Assembly (NCBI GenBank): GCA_002633005.1
Contig: NMRA01000029.1
Location: 105,707 to 169,706, forward strand
Source: Phoronis australis
Taxonomy: Eukaryota > Animalia > Phoronida
Direction of reading: 5' to 3'
Length of the DNA: 64,000 nucleotides
Shown: positions 39,570 to 52,169 of the stretch, piece after piece
How positions within the stretch are numbered: position 1 is the first letter of the stretch
Layout: every line of letters begins with the position of its first letter
Position numbers and translations under genes: made by a program
The notes under the pieces: generated by a model
The model's input: the letters and a program-made list of their open reading frames with translations, nothing else
Told to the model about the DNA's origin: nothing
Database searches by the model: none

Positions 39570-40388
39570 CATACATACATACATACATGCATACATACAT
39601 ACATACATACATGCATGCATACATACATACATACATACATACATGCATACATACATACATACATACATACATACATNNNNNNNNNNNNNNNNNNNNNNNN
39701 NNNNNNNNNNNNNNNNNNNNNNNNNNNNNNNNNNNNNNNNNNNNNNNNNNNNNNNNNNNNNNNNNNNNNNNNNNNNNNNNNNNNNNNNNNNNNNNNNNNN
39801 NNNNNNNNNNNNNNNNNNNNNNNNNNNNNNNNNNNNNCACTTGTTTGCGTGACTTTCCTGTTACCCCAATTCATTAGTCATTCTTTGCAGTATTTCACAC
39901 CCGCCGTGTCTCACTGTGTGTGTCGTCAGCTTATACTCTGTGGTGGCATTACTGCGTCATTTTATCTTCACTTGAGAATGAAACAAGTATGTTTCGAAAT
40001 ATCGTGTGTCTTTTAATTATGTCGCTAGGTCAGTTACTGTATCTATGTTCAGTAGAGAGTAGAGTTTTGTTCAGAAAGTATGAACGCAACGGAATAAAGA
40101 CCGTGAACAATGAAAAGTGTCGTGTATTCAACAAATTCTGTATAACAGAAAACTTGCTCCCGAAGTACAGTCACATACATACATACATACGTACGTACAT
40201 ACATACAAACATACATACATACATACATACATGCATACATACATACATATAAACATACATACATACATACATACATACATGCATACATACATACATACAT
40301 ACATACATACATACATACACACGTACATACATACAAACATACATACATACATACATACATACATGCATACATACATACATGCATGCAT
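39570..40388. repeat. Two (TACA)n microsatellite arrays (39570-39676 and 40173-40388) in a DPM3 intron
   Basis: Direct reading; the first array runs into an N gap. Confidence 0.95.
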
Positions 40389-41211
40389 TATTACCAATTA
40401 CTCTGCATTTGATTCATGTGTATTTATCACTTTAAATCAAATTTTGTGAATAGCTGTGGAAGTAGACAAAATGAGCAGTATCAAGTAAAAATGCATAGGT
40501 TATCTAACAGAAATCTGACTAAAGTGGTAAGTCCAAGCAGCTTTGGAAACAACATGTTTTTTTTATACCTAGTCAGGGACGATTCCACACCACTATAATA
40601 AATAAGGTGTATGAGCAGTTCATCAAACATTATGAGAGGAGACTTTTGTCGCTGACATCTTTTAAAGCACTGATATACCGCATTCTGCCAGAAATGATAA
40701 TTGACTTAGACCACTTGTCCCTATGAAATTGATCTCAAATAATCTCACATTTGAACTCAATTCTGGGATTGGAAAGAACCGACAGCTTGCTATTGTTTGA
40801 GACCAGGTATAATAAGTTGTCTTGACCAAAGGGTCACAGGTCATCTTAGGCGCTGAGTATGACCTAAACCAAGATCACACTGTGAGGTTATTCTAAGCCC
40901 AGAAATCACTTCAGTTACAGTAAGTAGACTTATACACAGTATTTTAGACAGAAGGTAGATTCATAGTGTGGCATACATAGGAATCTCTATGTCAGTGCCC
41001 TCTTTGCATCAGTTCAGGTATACGTGTAGGGTGGTATTCTGGTGTGACAGCTCTGTTTGTACTGACGTGTTTGATCAATTTGAATTAGTTGTAATTTTGT
41101 ATTTTTCACAAGACTGTCGTGTTATTCACAAGGAGAGGTCGTAGCATGGCAAGCTCTTGTGTCACAATACCAACTTCAAATTAACAAAGGCACAGACTAA
41201 AGGAAGCATAC

Positions 41212-41331
41212 CATTAATGTGATATCCCTAATCTCCGGGCTCAATGGTCCAGTGAATTTCTCTGTGACAATCATCACCCATAGACTGGTCAATACACCGA
41301 GAGCCAACAGCAACTGCATTAGTTTCGTCAT
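41212..41331 (-). CDS. DPM3: DPM3 coding exon 1
   Basis: Acceptor ttttgacAG 6 nt before the ATG; MTKLMQLLLALGVLTSLWVMIVTEKFTGPLSPEIRDITLM|gtatgc. Total protein 92 aa with the MTKL start typical of DPM3. Confidence 0.92.
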
Positions 41332-41456
41332 GTTTTCCTGTCAAAAAAAAAATGGTGAGGTTAAGTTTAAATAAATGATCCATCGCAGTCATTAAATTAC
41401 ACCTATTGTTGGCCTATATGCCTAGATGTGAAACAGGGTCTATACGGAATAAGGCG

Positions 41457-41835
41457 TACGGGGGTTTTCCGTAGATAAGCCCACCCCATGAAACGCCCAT
41501 GGGCATTTATTTGGTGTTACAACTTCTGGTGTCAAGTGATCAGATAATGGGGAAATTATTCGGAAAATTCCCTCTTAAAAGCCCACTAACCGTCAACGTT
41601 TAGTCACAAGTTCAGTTTTGTGGAGAATTTATCATAAAACAAACAAACTGCTGGCAAACTATGCATTTATTAACATAAAATTTAAAAACTCATTTTTAAG
41701 CAAAAAATATCAAAAAGTCAGGAAACATGACTTTTTATTTACACGCCCAGGTGTTTATTTGGTGTTACTAAAACATCTGAATTTTTTCATTTTCCGAATA
41801 CATGCTCACGGGCTTATCTATGGAAAATCATGGTA
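41457..41835. mobile_element. Tc1/mariner/pogo-type MITE
   Basis: TIR ttttccgtagataagccc / gggcttatctatggaaaa with TA ends. Confidence 0.65.
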
Positions 41836-41954
41836 CCAGTAGTCTTCAGCTTTTGTAAAAGACTTGGAAAAAACAAAGAGCAATTTTTGAAAAACAGCTT
41901 AGGAAGTTTAACTTTTCTGTAACTAAACAGTAATCAGTTTAATAACGGTAAAAA

Positions 41955-44030
41955 CTCACTTGTTGCCAAACTAAAAGCCTATGGCTGCACATAGAATACC
42001 TGTAACCTCATAATGTCCTATCTCACTGACAGAAGGATGAGAGTGAAAATTGGCTACCCTGTCAGTAACTGGTTAAATATCCCTAAGGGTGTTCCCCAAC
42101 GGTCTGTCTTAGGCCCAATGTTATTCAACATTTTTATCACTGATATATTTTATGCTATAAGCGGTCACTGTAAGCTATATAATTACACTGATGACAATAT
42201 TCCCTGGCAAGCAGGCTTATCTGCGGTTTGCCTCAGCCTCAAGGTAGTTGGGCAGATGGCAATGGATTGGTTCTCCTCTAATGGAATGGCTGTAAACCTT
42301 GGTAAATTCAAGTCGATCCTCTTTTCTAGGAATCGTGTACATAATAATGATAGGTATCTCATGTCTGGTGATACTATGATTGAGTGTGAAGAGTCTGTTA
42401 AGCTGCTGCGTGTCCAACTTGACAGCCAGTTAAAATTCCATTAGCACGTTGATGTTATTTGCAAAAAAGCTTCTAGACAAATGAATGCCTTGTTCCGTCA
42501 TCGTAATGTTTTAGGCACTAAACAGTAAACTTAAGTTATATTGTGCATTTATAAGATCCTATTTTAATCACTGCCCGCTCGTTTGGCACCTATGTGGAAT
42601 ACAAAAAAGTAAGAAAATGGAAAACATACAACACCGTGCTTTAAAATTTGTGTTCAATGACAGCGAGTCAAGCTACTCACAACTCTTAGATAAGGCTAGG
42701 GGCTGCTCTCTAACTAGTCGACGGATGAAATGTTTATCTATTGAAGTATTCAAAAATGTTCATGTCATTGGACCCTGTCCTTTATCAGGAAAGCTTGAAT
42801 TTAGAGAGTCTGGATACTGTCTCAAAGGTGAAAACTGTCTCGATGTGAAACGCTTTAAAAGGGGACTGTAGTCAAAATAATGTTGTAGTTAATCGGTTCT
42901 AACATACAAATAAAACTTACATTTGCCTGACTTGCGTGCCAAACAAAAGCCAATTCGTATTCATGGTCAAAACACTGAATTCTGAAAGCGATCGCTGATT
43001 GGCTGATGTGTCAGTGACGTGAACGGCGGGGTATCGGCTGCTTTGCACATTCATTGCTTATGTCATATTTGAAGAGTTTGCATCGTAATTTATCATTGTA
43101 TCAATCGTCCTTATTTTTTATTGTTTGCCACAGTGCTGCAAAAGGTTCGCTATGCCTTTTTGTATGGCACCTGGTTGCTCAAACTCTTCGAAAAAGGCGT
43201 CTTCTAAAGGGATGGTCATCGCATACCATCGCCGGGTTACCCAAGCCTTGGCCCAAAGCTCAGTGTATACTAGACTGGATGGCTAGAGTCCACATTGCCC
43301 TCGGTACAGTCACTGACACCAGTTGCACCGGCAAATTTTCGTCTGACGATGACGATGACTGGGTATCACTTTGTGTTGCCTCGACTCAAACAGGTATCCC
43401 TTGTGACCCGACATTTCAAACTAAAATTTCTTATTCCGACAATATGAAAAACGCCACTTGATTGCACGCTAACACAGGACAGTGACTTGGCCCCCGCCAA
43501 ATACGTCACGAGACCAAGCAGCGCTCCAAGCCGGTAATTTTTTGAGCTTCGTTAGAGAATATAAGTTTAATTTTTGGTGTTGAATTATTTGTGAAATTAA
43601 TCAACAATTCATAGAAAACTATCCAGAATTTATTCAGAATAAAATACAGTTCCCTTTTAATACCATGACCTACGGGTGTAACTCTATCTCCCAAAAAGGT
43701 ACTTTGCTGCAGAACTCATTGCCATCAGTAATGAGACAATGTACTGCCTTAAACGAATTTGCCACTCTTGCTCATGATTTTTTCTCTGAGAACTGCTCTT
43801 GTGAAAACTGCTAGGGATGTCTACTGCCCCGTAACATGTATGTGTACTTTTGTATTTATATTTATATTTATCTTTAAGTTCTGTACATTCTCTCTACTGT
43901 AAAATTAGCTTGTATTTTAGTTTTCTGTATTTTCATTTTGTAGATTTTACAAATTGTCGGATAATAGCACTTGTGCTAATGTTTCACTGTTAAAGCTCAC
44001 CGACTTTTAAAAAAATATTATTACTACTAC
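41955..44030 (+). mobile_element. 5'-truncated CR1/L2-group LINE (RT remnant), interrupted by a DNA transposon
   Basis: KLKAYG, SYLTDRRMRVKIG, GVPQRSVLGPMLFNIFI, YTDD (degenerate YADD) and ENIQHRALKFV, with stops and frameshifts. Resumes after 43660 and ends in an AT-rich simple-repeat tail. Confidence 0.88.
42859..43656. mobile_element. Kolobok-like non-autonomous DNA transposon, TTAA TSD
   Basis: TTAA|aaggggactgta ... tacagttccctt|TTAA (11/12 TIR match); excision restores the LINE frame. Confidence 0.85.
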
Positions 44031-44602
44031 TAGCTAGCTGTAATGAAGACTATAATCGAAATACATATTTCTACAGCTTTGCACCAAGACCATTGTAGTT
44101 GTAGCAATGTGACTTTGATGGTTTAATCAGTGTGATATATAATTCGCCGAAAAGTTCCAGAGTATGGAGGGCCTATGGGACGACCAAACAGGGGCCAGTT
44201 GAGACAGTATCGACTTAGACTAACCATTAGCTTAGTCAATGACAATCATGTCTAGCTCACAGGCGTCCTCAGCTTCTGGTCATCCCCAATACACTACATA
44301 TAATACTACAAGGTATGACACTCCGGATTAGAAATTCCACGGGTGCTTTACTTCAGCTGTCCGGCATAACAAGCATGATCACGGAAAGTCACGGCATTGA
44401 TAACTCGGCAATTGCCGTTCATCCGTAACTCATTGGATAATTCTGTAACCTTCGCATGAGACCAAGGAGCTTTTTGGGAAGATTTTTGTGCTTTGACGGT
44501 GAATTTCTTGCGAACTCGGTGGAGCAGGACAACGTAAATGGTATACTGGGGAACCCAATGTTCGTCCGCCTAAGCATAAAACCGACTTGCTGTTGTACTC
44601 AC

Positions 44603-45664
44603 CGAATTATTCCACTTCAAAGTTATGATCTGAATAGGATTCGATTTAACTCTCACAGATATACTGCATTCATCGATTCGGAAGTTTTCTTTAATTTGTG
44701 CCGAGTTATTTCAAATGTGCACTGCCTTCGGCAGCCATTTTATTGTGAAACCTAAGTTCGTCATATGCTGCCCTCTTGTGTAAAAACTGAGAAACATGCA
44801 GAAAAAGGCCAACGAAGTAATGAAAATTGCAACAGCCTGTTTTTATTGACATAAACTCGATTTGAAGCTTTGATGTTGAGCTCTGCACTGTGGTTTCCAA
44901 TAAAAGCCAATTGGACATTTCAATGCAGTTTAATGGTGAACGTGAGGCAAAAATGTTAAGAACCCAGCGTATCGCATTTGTCTGCGGATTTTTCCTTTGG
45001 CCTTCTAGATCCTACTAGTGCCTGGGACAAACAGATACATTGCATAAACAAACCCTGGATCATGTTTTGTGTCCCGTCGGAAGAAAATTTAAATTCGAAA
45101 ACATCTTCTGAAAACGCACAAAAAAGTGTATTAGTAAAATCTACTGATTTTTAAGTGGTTTTAAAAAACAATCGGTAAANNNNNNNNNNNNNNNNNNNNN
45201 NNNNNNNNNNNNNNNNNNNNNNNNNNNNNNNNNNNNNNNNNNNNNNNNNNNNATTTTGGCGCTTAAAAATGGCGGGAAAATTTTGCGACCTGGCATTTAC
45301 GAATGCGAGCTGGATTTTGAAAATGCGACCTGGGATTTTGGCTAGGTCGCAAAATGCGACCTGGCGATTTTAATAGCGTCGAGCCCTGGTAAGGGGTTGG
45401 TGCCTCAGCGTACCTAGCAGAGTGGTTGTTCAAAGAGACACTGAGACACGTTTTCATTTTGTCCTGCTTACTCGGGACCAGGACAACTTGCTTACCTTCG
45501 TTATTCTGTGGAAGGTCGTCCAGAACTGCTGAAAAGCAACACGTCTTGAATTTCGAGCGGAAATGGAATTGTCGCGACACCTGTTGTGAATAAATATGTG
45601 TACGTGTTGTTCAGTTCTATGATTGATATATTGATATATATTTAGCTAAACGTTCAAGTTACCT
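44603..45664. promoter_or_regulatory. Probable bidirectional promoter / 5'UTR region between DPM3 (-) and SLC35C1 (+)
   Basis: Relatively CpG-rich. Minus-strand donors at 44602 (G|gtgagt) and 45495 (AAG|gtaagc) suggest DPM3 non-coding exons. YY1-like AAAATGGCTGCC (-, ~44730-44741), AAAAATGGCGG (~45265) and ETS-like GCGGAAAT (~45557) motifs. TSS not determined. Confidence 0.5.
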
Positions 45665-45760
45665 ATGTTGCCCGATAAGAAGCCGTTGCAGGAAAATTTT
45701 GGTGGTGATTCTGATAAGAGCACCAGTGTTTTTGAAAAACCTGCCACCTCGTCTGATAAT
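45665..45760 (+). CDS. SLC35C1: GDP-fucose transporter 1, probable first coding exon
   Basis: ATG...MLPDKKPLQENFGGDSDKSTSVFEKPATSSDN|gtaagt; phase 0 joins the next exon. The N-terminus is poorly conserved, so an alternative start at ATG 47522 is possible. Confidence 0.65.
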
Positions 45761-47518
45761 GTAAGTCAAAATCGTCACACCTCTGCAGACCGCTTCAGCT
45801 CAGCCTCAGCCAGCTTGTATGGGTTTTAATCAGAACTGAAATGAGTACTCACATGTGCAGGTCATAAGGGTTAAATCACATTGGTGTCCTGAGAAGCTAT
45901 TACACACTGCTCTGTACTCACTGTCGTCAATTTCGGTTCTGATAACTGTTAACCCCCCCCCCACCCCCCCATAAACTACTAGCAGTAATTTGTGATCTTG
46001 TGCTACCTTCTGTTTGGCGCAGGCATCAGTTTGGCTCACCAACTCGCACCAAATCGAAGTGCACCAAACCAGTATGGTACTGGCATCAGTTTGGGCTGCA
46101 ACACCAGTCGCCAGTGTATTTCGAAATGGTTTTGTTTTAAAATAGACCATCTATGGTTTTGAGAAAATTGATGTATTTTGGGTAGGCTACCATGGTAACC
46201 ATCTCAAAATTTTTGAAGTAGGAATATATCATTTTTGATAACATGTAGTAGTCTTTCAGTTGCAGTAGTATTTGATCATTTGATGTAAAGAATTTGAAGT
46301 ACAAATGCTTTAAGAGTTTGAGTGAATTTATTAAAGGGAACTAAATCGCACATATACAGTAATTCAACTAAAAATCACATGAAAACGTTAATTGTCCAAA
46401 GTAATTTAAATCTCTGAATAGTTTATATTCAGGTGAGGAATCATGTTGCAATTGATCTGCAATTCGAGGGGCATGGTCTGGGGATTTAAACAGTGGTTTT
46501 GTTATCTGTGGTACTGAGGCTTAGAGTATTGTAGCTTGCCATTTAGAGATGTGACCCAGAATTGTTAAACTCTGCTCCTGCATGACTTAAATGTTGAGTA
46601 ACAGAATAAGCAACCGTCATTGGCCTACTAACTACTGATTGATATTGTTGTAAAAATTGGTTTGTTTTTATCTTTGGGCCCATATGTTTGGAACTAAATG
46701 TAAGTGTTGTATCGTTTGGGCAGATATATTCCGTAAATATCAAAACCAGTTCATTTGGCTGCCAAAGTGCCAAGATTGGAAAATTTTCTTGACCAATGAA
46801 TAACAACTTGCTTAGAAAAATTAGTAGGGGCAAATGCTAGTATCAAAAGTAGATCACTTGTCTGTACTCTGAAGAGACGTGACATTACAACTATCAATGA
46901 GAACAGTAAATGCATTACCTGGTAATTGCAAAAAACGACTTGTTTGCTCGATTTGTCTGGTTTGCAGCAAACGATGACCAGATTATTTTGCCCACAATGT
47001 TGAGTTATCATTTTGATCAATGAGGATGTTTTTCTCCTCTGGTAGAAAAAATTATTTAATAGGCCAACAAGGTTGTGACTTAAGGTCAAAGCCAAAAATC
47101 AAAATTATTCGTCCAACGTCAGGTTGTGATGTTATCTTGACCAATGCCAATTATTTCTGAAAGAGCCTGGTATGTTCCTGAAAAGAAATTGGGCAGTAGG
47201 TGGCGTTCAAAGTCATTTTATGCGATTGCTGTAGAACCAACGATAATGTTTTCTTTTACCCAATCTATTTTCTTCATATATATTTCAAATGAACGGATTT
47301 TCAGACTTATTTATTTCTAATAGGTTTATGAACTCATTTATTTCCCATATTGGCATTTTGTTTGTTACCAAATTATTCAAGGGAATGAATTAGAACCTGG
47401 ATTAAAGCAAAAGCGATTTTCAGTGTGTGTGTATGTTCATATTATCATTGATATTGGTGCTATAGTAGCGTCACCTGTGTATGCTGCACAAATGTAGATT
47501 TATGTTTGACTGTTGCAG

Positions 47519-47580
47519 ACGATGGAAGAATCTCTCTTTTCAAGATTTTTTAAGGTTGCTGTGGCAGTCAGTGCTTACTG
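47519..47580 (+). CDS. SLC35C1: GDP-fucose transporter exon
   Basis: ttgcAG / TG|gtaaga; TMEESLFSRFFKVAVAVSAYW. Confidence 0.88.
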
Positions 47581-49025
47581 GTAAGACAAATTGTGGACAT
47601 TTAGTAGGAAATTGTTGTTAAATGTAGCTGACTTGTCTGGCCCAGGGTGCTTAAAGTGGAACTTGCACACTAATTCCTCATCTCTGTGATTGCTTGGTGA
47701 AATTAGTTAGAAACACAACATATAGCGGCAGTGTGAATGTGAAGTAGGTTGAAAATTGCCGAATATTTTGAGAATGTGTTTTGTGTTGAAATTGATCTGC
47801 CGTAAATCACTCAACCATGTCCAGTAAGTATCGTGACGTGATGTTGGGGAATAACACTGCATGATGCGGGCTATGTGAGCCCCCAAGGTACTAGTACATC
47901 ATTAGTGCAAAGGTCACCTATTTGCAGAATTTTTTGTTTTCACATTTACATGTTGTCAGTGAATACAACTGCACTACGTTTAGCTTGAATGATGTTCAAA
48001 CAGCAGTGTCGTTTAGTTCCTGCTATAAATTAGAATAGTTAGGAGCATGCAAATATGTCTTTAAATTGGGTTTTCAACTCATTTTCAAGAATTGTTGATT
48101 GCCTTATTTTTTGGCAGTGGAGTACTTTAGCAAAAAGGCATTAAAAACATGATTCCATAAATACTTTTGTAGCCAATAAAATAGAGAAACAGAATTTGTG
48201 AGATTCAAGTGAAAAAAAATTTTTGGAAGTCTAAATGACAACGATCTCTGAAAAATCAAGACGTTGAGAAAACTTTCGAAAATCTGGGCATGTGTTTCAT
48301 GAAGCTTTTTATTTAGAAATGATCCAACTGGTATTAGCAAGCTTGGTTAAACTTAAAATTATGTAGAACCTTAACGACAAGTCATCATATTTAGCCAAAT
48401 ATCTTGAAAGCTGTAGATTTTAATTCGGTAAAATTATGCAGAAAGTAGAAAGCTTGTAGAATTTAATTTTTGACTTTTTGCGAATATCTCATTAATTGGG
48501 TCACGTGTCTATGTTTTGTGTAACATTTAGCAAAAAAGAAAGGTACGTTCATAACAAAACTATGACATCAATATTATGTTTGTTCGCTGTAAATGTTCAA
48601 GGTGATGTGTCAAGAATGATCTAACAGCTTTCTAAATTATCTTTTCACTTTGGTTTTGTTTTGCAAAAACCTTCAAAGCTCTCTTTTGACAACCCGTCAT
48701 GCAACTGTGGAAAATTTACAAGCTGCAGGTATTCCTAACAGCATTTTGGAACACAGTACATATAGCATAGTGTATGAAAGTTTCATATAAGTCTGGTCTG
48801 CCGTTTCTGAGATGTGATTTAGCCGAATTTAGACATTTTTCTGAGGTCAGACGTAACTTTTAAGTTTGAATATGATACTGCGGTCAAGTATAAATCAGTT
48901 GCAACGTTTTTCCATTAAGAAGCGTGTTCATATTGATGTTCCCATGATCAGCTTTGTTTTGTATGACCTTCCATAATATGTGCAGTATTTGTCATTTATT
49001 GTTAGGGTGTTTGTTTCTTTTCCAG

Positions 49026-49086
49026 GGTAATCTCTATAAGCTTGGTATTTGTTAACAAGTACTTACTCAGTAGTCCGGATCTCAAG
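49026..49086 (+). CDS. SLC35C1: GDP-fucose transporter exon
   Basis: ttccAG / |gtatgt; WVISISLVFVNKYLLSSPDLK (SISxVFxNKYLL motif). Confidence 0.92.
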
Positions 49087-49181
49087 GTATGTATAGTTTA
49101 GTTGTACATAGTAACTGTCACACTTGTAGTTATTGTTTCAAAAAAGGAGCTTGTCAAAGAATTAAAGCATTAAAATCACAG

Positions 49182-50524
49182 TTTTATGCGGCCACATATT
49201 TATGTGTGAGTACATATTATTATTGCCGTCATCTCTGTCTGTCCGGCGTCCGTAGCTGTATCTGCTAAACCCCGCACAGGATCTTGATGAGATTTGGCAG
49301 GTGTGTTCCTATGAAGCTTACGATAGATGATGCCGAATTTCGGATGGATCAGACTACCGGTGTGTCCCCTAGTGGCAACTTTACTTTTTTACGTTTACCT
49401 CAGTCTGTATCTTCAAAGGTCCTCAACGGATTTTCATGAGATTTGGCTCATAGGCTTCCATTACAAGGTACCTAAACTACACGGTTAATGGACTCATAAA
49501 CACGGTCACGGACTCATCAACACGACTCATGTACCTGTAAACACCGTTCACTGACTCACAAACACGGGAACGGACTCAAAAAACACGGTACATTCACCCA
49601 AATACACAGGACATTGACTCACATTCACGAAGAAACATGGTTAACGGACCGTCAAACACGGTTTACGGACAAAATGTAGATATCAGCTGACCCAGGAGGC
49701 CGATGAGTCCGTGACCCATGTTTGCCGGTCCGTTAACCATGTTTCTTCGTAAATGTGAGTCCATGTCCCGTGTATTTGGGTGAATGGATTTTGTTTTGTG
49801 AGTCCGTTCCCGTGTTTGTGAGTCAGTGAACGGTGTTTGCAAGTACGTGAGTCATGTTTATGCGTCCGTGACCGTGTTTATGAGTCCGTTAACCGTGTAG
49901 TTTAGGTACCTTGCATTAATGAGATGACGTTATCCTCCCGTTTTCGGATGGATTGGAGGTATTATATGCCACCTAGTGGCCATTTTTACTATTTCCGTGT
50001 CTGTTTTTTGGTGTTGGCACCTGCATCAACCAAACCACTCTAAGGATGATTGTGAAAATTGGAGTATTTATATGTTCTTAGAGTGAAGAGGATGGTCGAC
50101 GATGATTTTCAACGACTGACTACTGTGGCACCTCCTTGTGGAAGTTTTGCTTTTTGCATCCATAGCTGTATCTCCTAAACCCACTGCAGGAACTTTATTA
50201 AATTTAGCAAGACTAGTGTATTTATATGAAGTTGACAACGGACAACGATGACTTTTAGATGGATCCGACGAACACTGTGCCCCCTAGTAGTAATTTCATT
50301 TTTTCTGTTTTCTACCATTTCTCAGAAGTTCCTTGATGGATTTTTGGGAAATTTGTTAGGTAGCTTTCTAATAAAGAAACGATGACATGTTTCTGATTTT
50401 GGGTGGATTCGACCTATTTTACGTCATCTAGTGGCCATTTTTATGATACAAATAAACACTCCTTAGAAGTACACCATTTGCGGTGCGTTCGTGGGCACAT
50501 TTCAACTCTCTGCGTTCCTCTTGT
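49182..50524 (+). mobile_element. Helentron/DINE-1-type non-autonomous element with internal tandem core repeats
   Basis: ttttatgcggccacatatttatgtgtg start, tctgtctgtcc microsatellite seed, about 5 diverged ~150-bp cores (ctgtatct...gatggat...cctagtggc), and a 3' gtgggcacat...ctcttgt end. Confidence 0.75.
49464..49913. mobile_element. Foldback/palindromic MITE, ~205-bp arms, 5-bp TSD CATTA
   Basis: caaggtacctaaactacacggttaa ... ttaaccgtgtagtttaggtaccttg; CATTA at 49459-49463 and 49914-49918. Confidence 0.9.
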
Positions 50525-51180
50525 AATATTACGGTACCGTATTTTAGAAGCAGTTTGAACTCTATGTAATGGATGTGTGAGTTCAGGCAAAGGCGAAACT
50601 AAAGGTATTTAAGCGTAACGAAATAAATTTGGCAGCATTGATTTTGAGGATATTACAATTATGATATCAATTCAAAACTTCAATGAAAATAACAAAATCA
50701 AACTCACACGTTTGAGCATAATATGGGTGGCAAACAAGTTTTTATTTAATTTTCTGTGAAAGGATAATTGACTGATGTACAATACATGCCTAAAATAATA
50801 GGACAAAATGATCCAGAATTTCCCTTCTTGAAGACTGTTCACATGAGCAATTGCCCGTCATGGTGTGTGAAAACGTGATTCACCAGTAGCCAGAACAAGC
50901 TGTCTTGAAGGGCCATTTCCCATCTTTACTGGGAAACCTTGTTTCGCCTGTTTACTTTTGGTGTTTTGTGTACGTGAATTCTCTACTGTTTCCCAAATCT
51001 GTACAATAAATTCCATCATAAAATATGTTTGAAAAGTTGGCAGCATTCTCGACCACAAATTGTGGCAATATTTTATTGCTACTTAATGGTAGAGGTTAGT
51101 AGTTATGCATCGTCTTTATACAGTGATACACATTATTTTACGTTTATCCCAAATCCTGTACACACTTGTCTGATTTTCAG

Positions 51181-51321
51181 TTGGACGCGCCTCTATTCGT
51201 GACCTGGTTCCAGTGTGTGGTCACCGTCCTGCTATGCGGTATCCTTGGTTATCTATCCCAGGTCATGCCTCACATAGTCTCCTTCCCAGCATTCAAGGTG
51301 GACCCCAAACTGGCCAGGGAG
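51181..51321 (+). CDS. SLC35C1: GDP-fucose transporter exon
   Basis: tttcAG / |gtacaa; LDAPLFVTWFQCVVTVLLC...FPAFKVDPKLARE. Confidence 0.93.
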
Positions 51322-52052
51322 GTACAATTGAGCTGTGCGAGATGTTAAACGTGATTCATTTACTGTTTTGCATGCATTTGGGATCATACGTGTACAGAAT
51401 GAGCTGTGCCTTGCTACATTACGTATGCCTGTATCCAGAAAATTTCAGTTAAACTAAGGAGCAAGTTAGTACATAGGTTATGGGCAATGATTTAAATATT
51501 ATGTTGACTGCTCCGGCTAATAACGAATAAAACCTACGAGCTCCATTCTGAGCACAGCATTACCATTGTAGGAAATAAGGACTGTTAACTTGCTATTAAT
51601 TTGTTTGGTGTGTTAGAAAGTTAAATCTAAACAGTTGACACTTGCCATTTTGTGAAACAGGGTGTCCTAAGGGAATTGTGGTGTTACCGACCAGCGTTCA
51701 GTTTATGCAAAGCATGTAAAAATAAAAAAAGTTTAAGACCAGTACAAGAGATACTTATCTCCGTCTATTGGCGAAACTTTTGCGTATATGTGTTTATTTA
51801 TGAAACAGGAAAGAGTAAATTTTGAAGAAACACATTATTTCACGTACTAGTATGATGCGCGGCCCAAAATGCATGCATGCATGCATAGATGACAATCTAT
51901 CAGATTCGATGCTGCGCTAGTACCAATTTCTGTAGAATTACTTTTCTTGTCGAGAATGTCCCTTTAAATCTGAAGCAGATATTCAGCTCCCAAATCGAGA
52001 CATTGAGGGCCTTAAAAAATAACGGATTTTCGCGTCTGTTTTACTGTTTCAG

Positions 52053-52169
52053 GTGCTTCCTCTCTCTATTGTGTTTGTTGCCATGATAACCTTCAACAAC
52101 TTGTGTTTGAAGTATGTGGGCGTGGCCTTCTACTATATTGGCAGGTCGCTGACCACTGTGTTCAATGTG
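52053..52169 (+). CDS. SLC35C1: GDP-fucose transporter exon
   Basis: tttcAG / |gtaagt; [39 protein letters not shown], a highly conserved SLC35C1 segment. Confidence 0.96.

Noticed and set aside
39376-40449. HTYI/MYVC repeat ORFs
   Set aside because: Translations of (TACA)n microsatellites and an N gap.
46543-47095. Minus-strand ORFs in SLC35C1 intron 1 (and 37150-37728 in a DPM3 intron)
   Set aside because: No recognisable motifs or consistent splice structure; possibly decayed repeats, not supportable as genes.
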